Positions 1-11,546 of a stretch of 64,000 nt of DNA are shown piece after piece (within the stretch, counting starts at the first letter, position 1; every line of letters begins with the position of its first letter). Made by a program: the position numbers and the translations under genes. The notes below the pieces were generated by a model. That model had not been told where the DNA came from, ran no database searches, and was given only the letters and a program-made list of their open reading frames with translations. This stretch comes from Eledone cirrhosa (lineage: Eukaryota). The stretch covers positions 195,610,001 through 195,674,000 of the forward strand of contig OZ024743.1 in assembly GCA_964016885.1 (NCBI GenBank), in the 5' to 3' direction.

Positions 1-521
1 ATTCCTTTGTCCCAAATTTCGAATTCAGCGCCAAAACGGGGGTTAGCTCCCTTTGAGAAAACCACGTGTCTATAGCGAAATTTACTGCTAGAAAACACAC
101 CCACCGAGGCTATAGAACGCAAGACGTGTTGACGAAGTAAGTCCTTTGTTCTGTCGTCAAAGGCCATTAACTTGCAGACCCCTGCAAGCGGAATTAGTCG
201 ATCTCGGATTTACAGAAACCTAGCGTGGATGTTGTATTTTATATGTGATATATATTGTATTCTATACGATATGCATTATTGGTTGCATTCGATCTCCACG
301 TGATGGTCCAGGTCAATCAAAATCTTTCCCTGAGTTCAGGTTTTTTCGTTGCTATGGCAATGCGGCTGGACTGCCTGTCGCTATATTTGATTTGCAAAGC
401 TGTCTAAACGTATTGTTATAACTCTGGGGTATTATTCTCCATCGAGTGCTAAGCTGCATTCCGAATCTGCATTCGTTAGCTTGGCCGCAGTCTAAAGCTT
501 CGTTAATGCTGTACTAAAATG

Positions 522-560
<39 letters not shown>

Positions 561-764
561 AAATATAGAGAAAAATACTGCAGGTAGCACATGGATAACA
601 TGTAATAAAATGAGTCCCTCATCAGTGATTTGCCGACGATCATAGATATTTCATTGCATTAAAAATCATATACCTCACGTCGGTGCAATAATAACCAAAA
701 TAAGTTATTAGGACAATTGAAACGCGTAAAGCGAGTGAGACAGGAGAACAACAAAGAGTATAGC

Positions 765-2312
765 TTAAGTTTGTGAGTATGCTAAAGCAGCTGCAGAGAA
801 ATATGAAAGCTCGGGTTACCTTCAATGGTCAACTATCTGGGGAAACCCCAATTGATAACGGAGTAAAGCAAGGTGATATTCTTGATCCTACGCTTTTCTC
901 TATCTTCTTTGCTGCCTTGCTAACACATGATTTCCATAATTGTTACAGAGGCATTCTCTTACGGTTCAGAACCACTGGAAAAGGTTTCCACTTAAGAAGG
1001 TTTAATGCCAAGACAAAAACTGTTCAAGTTTGATCAGAGACCTTCTTTACGCCGTCGACGCTGACTTCCTAGCACATACAGAAGCTCACATGCAACACAT
1101 TATGAACCATTTCTCATCCTCATGTACAGCATTTGGGCTTAAAATGAGCTTTAAAAAGACCAAAGGAATGTATACTCCTGTTCCTGGATAACTATATACT
1201 GAAGCCCCATATCATGGTTGATGGAACCAGGTTGGGAGTAGTAGATAAATATGTCTACTTGGGTAACACACTCTCAAATGATGGCGCCTTGGATGCTGAA
1301 ATAATTCTGCGATTCCAGAAGGCCTCTGTTGCCTTCGGAAAAGTGGAAAAGAGAGTTTGTGCAAATCGCAACATTACCAACAATACCGAGGGGGTGTGTG
1401 TGTATAGATCATGTGTTCTGTCTGCTCTTTTTTACTCCGATGAAACCTGGACGCTACTCCGCAAACACGCCAATTTGCTTGAGCGTTTTCAGCAGAAATG
1501 TTTAAGGCGCATATTCAACATTAAGTGGCAAGGCAGAAGTCCTGACATCCATGTCTTTATCGAAGCAGAATGTCAAGCATTGAGTCCCAAGTAACATCTT
1601 CTAAAATGCGCTGGACAGGACATATCGTCTGCATGAAAGAAAGCAGGATCCCGAAGCAACTGTTTTACGGTGAGCTCCATCTTCGAAAAAGGGCTCAACA
1701 GAAACCGAAAATGAGGTTCAAGGGCAGCATCAAGAACAACCTCAATGAACTGACATTTGATGTAGACAACTGGGAGGAGATAGCTCTAAATAGGACTGAG
1801 TGGAGAGAGTGCATAAAGGGGAGTTGCAAAACTCTTGAGAAATATCCTCTAGAACATAGATAACTGAAGCTTCAGCTCTGGAAGGGCTGTGCTCACAGTC
1901 TTGATGAAGTCATCAGTAGCTGGACATGCAATTTCTGTCAGTGTGTACTCCTCTCAAAGGCTGGTTATGTTAATAATCTGAAGTCACATAAAAAGATAAC
2001 CACCCGCAACACCACTCAACAAAAACCTGGCGAGATAATGTGCATGATATGCAACAAAGTGTGTAGAACTAGTTCCGGACTAAAAAAACAGTTGGTTGTA
2101 CATAAAGATTGTGTCCCACCGAGTGACGCCACCGGTCCTGTCGAAAGCACAACTCTCTTCTGTCACCTGTGTGGTAAACCATGCATATCTACAGCTGGCC
2201 TACAAAGTCATCTACGAAATCATGGACGCAGATCGGATGATAACGAAGAATCAATAAGAGACGGCAATCGTCTGTGAAGACGCTGCAATTCTCATGTATG
2301 CATGTATGTATA
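765..2312 (+). mobile_element. 5'-truncated, frameshifted RTE-clade (BovB-like) LINE: RT C-terminal half, three C2H2 fingers and a (TATG)n tail
   Basis: ORF pieces GVKQGDILDPTLFSIFF, LYAVDAD (decayed YADD), YLGNTLS, LFYSDETW, RWTGHIVCM, IPKQLFYGEL. Then CxxC..H fingers at ~1927-1990, 2041-2103 and 2161-2223, followed by a TATG repeat tail. Confidence 0.9.
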
Positions 2313-3064
2313 TGTGTACGTGTGTGACGTGTTTAACTTTACTGTTAAAATCCCCTGAATTTAGTGTCCCAGCATTGCTACAATCTATTGACTGAAATCA
2401 GTAGAATAACAAAATATGCACCTCTGTCTATAGTTAATTAATAACGATATTGCATAACGTTAGTTGACATTCGGTTTTAGGTTTCATGCCAAAATCAGAT
2501 TTATAGACATTTTTCATAAATCTCGCTTCCGAATCTTCATATCGTCAAACATAAATATATTTACATAAGCGTGATTGATACTTTGGTTTAATTTACGTTA
2601 TATATACGTTAGAACGTCGGAAAGAAAGAATGCTTTGCCGTATTCGTTTCGGCTCTCTGCTCTCTGAGTTCACATCCCACCGGCGTTAACTTTGCTTTTC
2701 ATCCGTTAGAGGTAAACAAAAAAAAAGTACTACTGAAGTACTATGGTCGACTCTCCTCTATATCTTTTTCTCAATTTCTATCTCTCATTGCTGATCTTTC
2801 TCTGGAAGTCTTCTGTATTCACACTCCGCTAGGTTCAAAAATGCACCAGAAACGCTGTATATCAATAAACCACCCTTACGACTCCCTCGGGAGTTATTGG
2901 ACCATGCATGCACAAACTGTATGAATGGAATCATAAAAGAGGAATGATAGCAATTAAGGGTGAAAACTCTTGTCTTTTATATAGTGTGTTTTGCAGATAT
3001 CTAGATAGTGAATTTTATATTTTAAAGAAGATGCTCTGCTGGGTGTTCGTGTTAAAAGAGGGTC

Positions 3065-3378
3065 TGAGCTGTCAACTCATACTCATTTAGTTATCTGCAA
3101 CTTGAGACTACCTAAAGTCAAAGAAGCCCACCAAACTGGCAGGTCCAGGGTGACCTATAGGAGAAAGTGGGAAGCGTTGGTCGATAAGGAAGTCAGGACT
3201 AGGTATGCAGATAATATTGCATCCAAATTCAGGGAACTCGCTGAGCAAATAGAGGACTTTGAGCAGATTGGAGATTGTTCAGCCCAGCAGTTTCTGTTTC
3301 AGCTGTTAAATGCTGCTGGCGAAAGAGGATTGGTATGACACAGGCTGGCAGGAGGATCCCTTAGTTCAATGAAGAGTT
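3065..3378 (+). mobile_element. LINE fragment (endonuclease-RT linker, RTE-like)
   Basis: Translation KWEALVDKEVRTRYADNIASKF...P*FNEE resembles the linker after the APE domain; stops and frameshifts present. Confidence 0.55.
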
Positions 3379-3431
<53 letters not shown>

Positions 3432-3435
<4 letters not shown>

Positions 3436-3643
3436 GATAGAACATCGGGAGATTATATCCGTAGTAAGTAGAGCACGCAGTCCATAGGATGAGTTCGGTA
3501 TAAAGTTAGACCCACAACAAATTTGCAAACCGTCTTAGAGGACGCTCGTTTCACCCAACTGATTTTCAACTCGGGTTGAAAATCCGTTGAGTGAAACGAG
3601 CGCCCTCTAAGATGGTTTGCTAATTTGTTGTGGATCTAACTTT
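3432..3643 (-). mobile_element. (TA)n-flanked Penelope-like pLTR fragment with ~140-bp fold-back and half hammerhead
   Basis: Inverted repeat 3502-3643 centred ~3572. The minus strand reads GAAAC-GAGC-GTC (HHR stem III and cleavage triplet). The unpaired tail is similar to 55161-55230. Confidence 0.65.
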
Positions 3644-4787
3644 CTATATATGTATGTGTGTTTGTGTGTTTGTATGTGTACAAGCAGTAGACCTGTCAAA
3701 GCAACGCACAATGAGGAAGCTGGAGATATTTATTGCAGCAGTTATATGACCAAATGGTTTCTGGTCATCTCTGTCTAGTCTGACTTATAAAATGACTAAA
3801 TTTGAAATATAGAAGCCGGTGAACTGATATTTTAAGAACACATGCTGATATATCCGCTAATGTCACTGGAGATGACAACATGGCCACTGATTGCGCTGCG
3901 ACATCAACGCCAGCTGAGTTGATAAGTAGTCGTCTGTAAGCAGTTCTGGTTATGTATTAAACGTGGTTATATGGTCAATGTTCGCACAATTCTGATATAT
4001 CGGCTGCTGCTGTCAGATGGGCTTGATGTTAAGGGAAGACATGCATCCGCTGTATAAGCTGCGGATTGATGCAGGAGTTCTATTGATAGAATTAGAGAAA
4101 TACGTAACGAAAGAGAGAAGGAATGGAGGAAAGACAGAGAGAGAGAGAGAAGAAAGGAAAGAGAGTGAGGTGGGGAGAAAGAGAAGAAAGGAAAGAGAGT
4201 GAGGGGGGAGATAGAGTGATAGAAGAAAGAAGACAGAGAAAGATATTTCTGAATTGGTGCAAGAATATTTTTTGTAGTAAGAAAGAGTGAGTGAGAACGC
4301 GAGAGAGATAGATGAAGGAGTCTGGGAAAAATGGAGACAGACAGAGAGGGAAGGAGAGAGTTTAAGAGAGACAGAAGGACAATGACGGAGATAAAGTTGT
4401 ATCTAAATGATGTGCATATTTAAAATTTCTCACAACTTTATGCATACATGTTTGGAAGCCTGGGCGAGGTCTTTCCAACTGTTAGAAATCGGATAAATAT
4501 TCCCTAATGTCGCCTACCCTCTTAAATTAGATTATGCCATCGTATAAGCTCCTAAAAAGAAGTGGTGAACATAGAAAATACTCATTTGGCCATATGTTTT
4601 CTGAATCAGACCTGACCTGGGGCTAAGCATCGACAACTCACCTATACACTTAAATACACTCACACATGTGCGTGCGTCCAGAGAGAGATGTGGGTGTGTG
4701 TATATATATATATATATATATAAATGGAACAGAATGAAACGAAATTTCATTTCTCACTCTTAGATATACGGTATATATATATATATA

Positions 4788-4940
4788 CCGTATATCCCGG
4801 TATTTTCCTAAAATAAGTCTCAAAAATCTACCATGCGTCCTGGAGGGGGAAGGTTGTTTATTATTCTTTTTCAAATTTTTGGTTGTCAAATTTAGGGCGG
4901 GTCCGTGAGGACGAAGCGTCTTAGGCCCCGGGAAATACGA
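4788..4940. mobile_element. Tc1/mariner-pogo-type MITE
   Basis: TIRs TA-CCGTATATCCCGG ... CCGGGAAATACGA-TA with TA target duplication. Confidence 0.65.
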
Positions 4941-4971
4941 TATATGAATATGTATATATGTATATATATAC

Positions 4972-5007
<36 letters not shown>

Positions 5008-5009
5008 AT

Positions 5010-5555
5010 GTCAGGTCGCTTTTGAGTGCTACTTGTAACATGTAACCCAGTACAACCTGTCTCATGGTCTCTCTGTCGGCGACTAACCGGCAGCCCAACC
5101 GAGGTTGCTTGGTGAGTAGGCTTATATTTGGACACCCTGCGGGATGTAATACAAGACCTGTCAAAGGGCGGAGGAACTCAGCAGAATCAACAGCCATCCA
5201 AATAACACTTTTTTTTTACCTGAGAGTGAAAGCCTCCTAGTTGTTGTCACAACACTTTTCAAAGAGAGGGAAACTCTGAAAAAAAAAATCTGCAGCACTT
5301 TTCTAGGAGAGGGAAACTCTAAAAACAAACCTTCGACTTCTGAAGCATCCGATGATGTTGACAAGTTCTTTTTTCGATGGTCAGATACTGGGATTGATCG
5401 AGTGCAAGGCCTTTCCCAACTTTAAAAAAAACCTTCAAAGCCCAAGCATTGTTTGTTCAGGATATGTTACAGGTTCGTGTGGCTGGCCTTAGCCTAAAAG
5501 TGCACCAAAATCTGTAAACTGCCGAGCGATTGCAATACTCTTAGCAGAATTTACA

Positions 5556-5560
<5 letters not shown>
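5010..5560 (+). mobile_element. Diverged relative of the bipartite RTE-derived non-autonomous element
   Basis: Shares GTCAGGTC..CCCAGTACAACCTGTCTCATGGTC..CTAGGAGAGGGAAACTC with 56114-56720 and ends in CAGCCATCA-(TA)n. Confidence 0.7.
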
Positions 5561-5595
<35 letters not shown>

Positions 5596-6076
5596 GTAAG
5601 TATGCATGTATACGTACATACATATATGTATACAGACGTACAGTAGCATGCACATATATATATATATATATACATATATATATACATATGCATACAGGTA
5701 CACATACATATATGCACGTATCAGACATATATGCACGAACAAAGCGACGTTATAATAAGCGCCGCTAAACTGATACGTGCATATATGTATGTGTACCTGT
5801 ATGCATATGTATATATATATGTGTATATATATATATGTGCATGCTACTGTACGTCTGTATACATATATGTATGTACGTATACATGCATACTTACATTTAA
5901 GTAAGTGCCATACTAAGAGTGAGAAATGAAATTTCGTTTTCATTTTGTTTCAATTTATCGTTTTCGGTATGCCTGACCGATTTAACTCACTCAATATGCA
6001 AATTAGGCTGCTCAGCCGTCAATTTTCATAAGGAAAGTATATACTTTCGAACGTTCAACTATCTGGCAGATGGGTA

Positions 6077-6121
6077 AACGGTTCTGATGATAGCTAACAA
6101 GCTTGAAACTAGTACATCGTT
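6077..6121 (+). ncRNA. Minimal type-I hammerhead ribozyme motif, unit 1 (stem I mismatch next to core)
   Basis: AACGGTT-CTGATGA-T AGCT aaca AGCT T-GAAA-CTAG-TA-CATCGTT. Confidence 0.75.
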
Positions 6122-6552
6122 CCTGTGTCAGTGTTGAACAAAAAGGTGACGTGGTTGCCTTAACACCGTATGGCATAAATTCAGGCTGTTCAGTTTGTTT
6201 ACAAACGAACAAAGCGACGTTATAATAAGCGCCGCTAAACTGATACGTGCATATATGTATGTGTACCTGTATGCATATGTATATATATATGTATATATAT
6301 ATATATATATATGTGCATGCTACTGTACGTCTGTATTCATATATGTATGTACGTATACATGCATACCTACATTTAAGTAAGTGCCATACTAAGAGTGAGA
6401 AATGAAATTTTGTTTTCATTTTGTTTCAATTTATCGTTTTCGGTATGCCTGACCGATTTAATTCACTCAATATGCAAATTAGGCTGCTCAGCCGTTAATT
6501 TTCATAAGGAAAGTATATACTTTCGAACGTTCAACTATCTGGCAGATGGGTA

Positions 6553-6597
6553 AACGGTGCTGATGATAGCTAACAAGCTTGAAACTAGTACATCGTT
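6553..6597 (+). ncRNA. Minimal type-I hammerhead ribozyme motif, unit 2
   Basis: AACGGTG-CTGATGA-TAGCTAACAAGCTT-GAAACTAGTA-CATCGTT; predicted cleavage after GUA at 6590. Confidence 0.85.
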
Positions 6598-7025
6598 CCT
6601 GTGTCAGTGTTGTAACAAAAAGGTGACGTGGTTGCCTTAACACCGTATGGCATAAATTCAGGCTGTTCAGTTTGTTTACAAACGAACAAAGCGACGTTAT
6701 AATAAGCGCCGCTAAACTGATACGTGCATATATGTATGTGTACCTGTATGTATATGTATATATATATGTATATATATATATATATGTGCATGCTACTGTA
6801 CGTCCGTATACATATATGTATGTACGTATACATGCATACTTACATTTAAGTAAGTGCCATACTAAGAGTGAGAAATGAAATTTCGTTTTCATTTTGTTTC
6901 AATTTATCGTTTTCGGTATGCCTGACCGATTTAACTCACTCAATATGCAAATTAGGCTGCTCAGCCGTTAATTTTCATAAGGAAAGTATATACTTTCGAA
7001 CGTTCAACTATCTGGCAGATGGGTA

Positions 7026-7070
7026 AACGATGCTGATGATAGCTAACAAGCTTGAAACTAGTACATCGTT
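7026..7070 (+). ncRNA. Minimal type-I hammerhead ribozyme motif, unit 3 (perfect 7-bp stem I)
   Basis: AACGATG/CATCGTT stem I, CUGAUGA and GAAA cores, AGCU/AGCU stem II, palindromic ACUAGU stem III. Confidence 0.88.
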
Positions 7071-7495
7071 CCTGTGTCAGTGTTGAACAAAAAGGTGACG
7101 TGGTTGCCTTAACACCGTATGGCATAAATTCAGGCTGTTCAGTTTGTTTACAAACGAACAAAGCGACGTTATAATAAGCGCCGCTAAACTGATACGTGCA
7201 TATATGTATGTGTACCTGTATGCATATGTATATATATATGTATATATATATATATGTGCATGCTACTGTACGTCTGTATACATATATGTATGTACGTATA
7301 CATGCATACTTACATTTAAGTAAGTGCCATACTAAGAGTGAGAAATGAAATTTCGTTTTCATTTTGTTTCAATTTATCGTTTTCGGTATGCCTGACCGAT
7401 TTAACTCACTCAATATGCAAATTAGGCTGCTCAGCCGTTAATTTTCATAAGGAAAGTATATACTTTCGAACGTTCAACTATCTGGCAGATGGGTA

Positions 7496-7540
7496 AACGG
7501 TGCTGATGATAGCTAACAAACTTGAAACTAGTACATCGTT
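7496..7540 (+). ncRNA. Minimal type-I hammerhead ribozyme motif, unit 4 (stem II mutation)
   Basis: Same motif with AGCT changed to AACT in the 3' strand of stem II. Confidence 0.72.
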
Positions 7541-7698
7541 CCTGTGTCAGTGTTGAACAAAAAGGTGACGTGGTTGCCTTAACACCGTATGGCATAAATT
7601 CAGGCTGTTCAGTTTGTTTACAAACGAACAAAGCGACGTTATAATAAGCGCCGCTAAACTGATACGTGCATATATGTATGTGTACCTGTATGCATATG

Positions 7699-7739
<41 letters not shown>

Positions 7740-7847
7740 GCATGCTACTGTACGTCTGTATACATATATGTATGTATACATGCATACTTACATTTAAGTA
7801 AGTGCCATACTAAGAGTGAGAAATGAAATTTCGTTTTCATTTTGTTT

Positions 7848-7910
<63 letters not shown>

Positions 7911-9197
7911 CATTTATATAACTTACAACAAAATATAATGTAACACTAATTTTAATATTGATAAATCTGTTACACATTTCTATCCAATCTGAAGTGTTAT
8001 ATACATTAACTCAGACACGCACACATATATACATACAAGTGTATGGGTGTAATATATACATATATAACCATGTATATATCTATGTATATCAATATTTAGA
8101 TGTTTAATCTTTTAGTTGTTTGCGTTCAGTTTAAGTTTAAGTTTGTTGAAAATATAGAATACCTAACAATGCCCTAAAGCTAATTAGCGATTGTATAGTG
8201 ATGATGTTGATAAAGTTTATCATTATCATCTTAAACCCAATTAGTGTTATTAGTAGTCTCCCTCCCATGCTATAATTCTTGCTCTGTAGGCGATCAGGAA
8301 AACGGAAGGGGCAATAGGTAGAAGGATGAGAGAGGTGGTAAGAGGAAACTAATATAGAGACGGAAAAAGCCACTTATATGTAGACACGAGAAGTAAAAAT
8401 CTAAAAGGCATGATGTGAATTAGAAAACTAAAAGTGTAGCTTCAAGCGAAAGAATAAGAATGTACATTTTCACATAGACTATTCAGTCCTTCAAAAATGT
8501 GGTTCAAGCAAGAGGGGAAAAAAGATTATATTACTACAGCCCCAGTATATACTTAATAAATATCGTTGGAAGCAGAGCATCGTGGAAAATCAACAGTACA
8601 TCCTTCAAAAATTCTTTTATATATGTTTGTTTTTGTTTTTTTGTCTCCCTATAGATGATATTTAGCCAAACCATGTGTTCTCCTTGTGTGACAAGAGATA
8701 CTTAAAATCTTTTCGAAAAACACTTCATTGCAGATGCCAAGTGAAATCAGCTTTGAATCATTAAGAGTTTTTACGGGCTTTTACCGCCTTTTCTCTAATT
8801 AATGATGACTTGACGCCAAACCTCCTGCATTTACTTTTAGGAGAGACACTTCAGTGTCAGGCTACTTACAGAAGAACGCCTTCAACAGTACTAACACCAA
8901 CATAACATGCAAGAAGGCGTACACATAAAGAAGTCCACTTTGTTATCTTATTGGTGACGAGAATCAACCATATGTCAACATTTTAAAAACGTAGAACAAC
9001 AAACGCATCAGAGTTGCTTTCTTAATAACTGACTATCTAAACACTTCACTGAAGCCAACACAACAGGCATGAATAACTGTGAATCATTGTTCACTTTGGC
9101 ACCTCTGATACGCTTGTCTGCTCCATCAGAAACAAGCTGCTCACCAACCTACGACTAATTATAACTACCAATCTCTCTCCCTCTCTCTTTCTCTCTA

Positions 9198-9354
9198 TCT
9201 ACGCATAGAGTTACGGCCCTTGCCATTCTGAGTTCAAATCCGGCTGAGGTTAACTTTGCCTTTCATCCTTACGGGGTCGATAAAATAAAGTACAAGTAAT
9301 GCACTGGGTATGTGCTGGCCTTGTGCCAAAAGTAGAAACAATTATTATTATTAT
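9198..9354 (+). mobile_element. tRNA-derived SINE (family S1), 5'-truncated
   Basis: B box GAGTTCAAATCC, core TTTGCCTTTCATCCTTACGGGGTCGATAAAATAAAGTAC, tail GGCCTTGTGCCAAAAGTAGAAAC(AAT)n. Confidence 0.85.
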
Positions 9355-9514
9355 TGGTCTTTTCGGACGTCTTTTTGTTCGCTCCCAGTAAGTCGCTTAT
9401 TTACCTGTTATAATTATTTGTTGTTAAATTTTTCTTGTTGTGCAAGGGATATAAGCCCTTGGACTTTGCCCTGTGAAGGGGAAAGTATAATATTTTGGCC
9501 AAATATTATACTTT

Positions 9515-9553
<39 letters not shown>

Positions 9554-9752
9554 CTTTAATATATATATGTAAAAATTAAAAAATAAATGGCTGAGCCCCC
9601 CCCCCCCCCCACCCCAGCAATCTGTCTGCTGTCGTGTGACAACGGCGTAAAAGTTGAGAGGAGGGTTACAGAAATTGATACAACAAACACCACCACAAGC
9701 AACGTGAACAAAGACAACAACACTGAGAACACTAATTTTTAAAAAAATTACC

Positions 9753-11535
9753 ATGCCAACTACAACAATAATAGCGACAACCAAAATACAGACAACAGAA
9801 AAAAATGACAACAAATGCAACAAGAAAATAAACAACGAGAACATAAACAACGACAACACCAACAGCAACAATACAAATTGCACCGAAAACACAAACAACT
9901 ACAACAGTGTTAACAGCAACAACAGCAACAACACCGTTTGTAGCAGTAGCAACAGCAACAGTACCAACAACAAGACCAGTCGCAGCAGTAGCGGCAGCAA
10001 TAATGGTGCCGCTGAAAAAAGGGGCACTTCCTTTACAGGTGTGGCCCGAAATATAGAGACAGTGCTTGTCACGGTGGAGGAGATAGCAGTCGCAAGAGCC
10101 ATGCTGACAAGAAATGACAATAGAGTTTCCCTGAAACCAACACTCGATTTCTTCAAAGACCAGCAGCTGCGGGCGGTGACGTGCCGCACCGGAAGCAAAA
10201 TATCACATCGGGTGGAGAGAGCCACGGAGCCTCATATACAAAAGGCCTTGGGGTGCGCCTGGGCGCGTAAAACCCACATCACCCGAGGCAAAAAGTACGC
10301 CACAGTAGACGTACTTTTCGCCACCCACCAAGTCTCACACTTTGGAAACCCTAAAGAGTGAGGAGATAGTCTTTGTGCCCTCCTACTGCGAGCAAAAAAT
10401 ATTGATGGTCAAAGTGACCCAGGTCCCGCCCGACGTGTCTATACCTTGGCTGGCCGCGTCTGTACTTATGGAATCGAGGAGAAGACCACCATACTGCAAA
10501 TACAGAGAATGGGAAGACAGAACTGGTCAGGAATAGGCATGAAAATGCTAATACAAAGTGACCAGGAGTGCGTCGGAGCCATCCCAGATATCATAGATGC
10601 CGAGGAACGACTCCAACTCCCTATAAGCGTGGAAGGAAGGCGCCTAAAGTGCTATCTCTGTGCGCAGAAGGGTCACCTCAGGCTCTTCTGCCCGCAGAAG
10701 ACAGCCAAGAAGAGGGCCCGCTCCTTCCGACGCCTGATCCGCTGCAACTAAGATCAGGGCAGCCAACAGAGTCAGAAGACCCTTCCATGGTGAGTAGGAG
10801 GGCAATGTCCGTGGCACCTATACCAAGGCCACGGACAACTAAAACAGCGGCAGCAGTGGCGGAAAAACCAACCGTCGCAGTAGCTACACCGGCGGCAAAA
10901 TCGCCGGAGCGGGCTCCACTACCACCAGCAACAGCAGTGGAGGTCATACCTCTCCCAGGCTCCACGGAATCCGACATGGAGTATGAGACGGGAAGGAAGT
11001 GGCAAACGGTCTACCACAAAAAGAAAAAAGAAAAAACCCTTAGCTTCAGCCTCCAAAAGCGAAGGCAAACAAAGAGGGGTAAAGGCTGCAAGGAGTTTTG
11101 CAGCAACACCAGCACCGCCACCATCACCGCCACAAGCATCACCACCAAAAACAATCACACCACCACCAGCATGACCAAAAACACCAACATCGCAAACACA
11201 ACAAAGCACACATACCCGACTGCAACAACAAGAAAGCCCCCCCCCCTCCCAAGTACACAGCCATAAACGTGGCAAATAAAGAACTCTTACAACATATAAA
11301 ACAGCACACAGACATCACAGAAAAAAATTACTACACCCCACCAACACCAAGAACTTTCCCGAAAAATATAAACATCATTGAAATTAAAATAGAACATTAT
11401 AAACTTTTAAAAGAAAAATTCCCCAACGCAGTTGGAGTCTTCAAAGGGTCGGTTACCAAAAGGATATACACCGACATCATCTTGGAAACACCCATGACCA
11501 GCCAAAGGGAGGGTTCTACTGACCCTTCCCCATAA
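9753..11535 (+). pseudogene. LINE ORF1 (gag-like, zinc knuckle), frameshifted
   Basis: Pieces 9753-10361, 10342-10536, 10446-10751 (CYLCAQKGHLRLFC = CX2CX4HX4C), 10568-11266 and 11098-11535. Confidence 0.75.
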
Positions 11536-11546
11536 GATCAAGGTAA

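Larger units (their letters stand above)
5590..7850 (+). mobile_element. Retrozyme-like tandem array: ~4.5 x ~473-bp non-coding units with one hammerhead each, preceded by an inverted partial unit
   Basis: Near-identical units; HHR cores start at 6084, 6560, 7033 and 7503. 5590-5722 is the reverse complement of ~5768-5900. (TA)n on both flanks. Confidence 0.85.

Noticed and set aside
612-735. TCATCAG and GAAACGCGTA near each other
   Set aside because: The two core halves are on opposite strands, so no complete motif can be built.
6012-7781. Repeated 116-135 aa minus-strand ORFs starting MKTKFHFSLLVW
   Set aside because: They recur only because of the tandem unit, run through variable (TA)n that shifts frame, and show no domain.
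5736-7850. CRISPR array or simple satellite interpretation
   Set aside because: No repeat-spacer alternation and eukaryotic context. Dispersed truncated copies and the HHR argue against a plain satellite.
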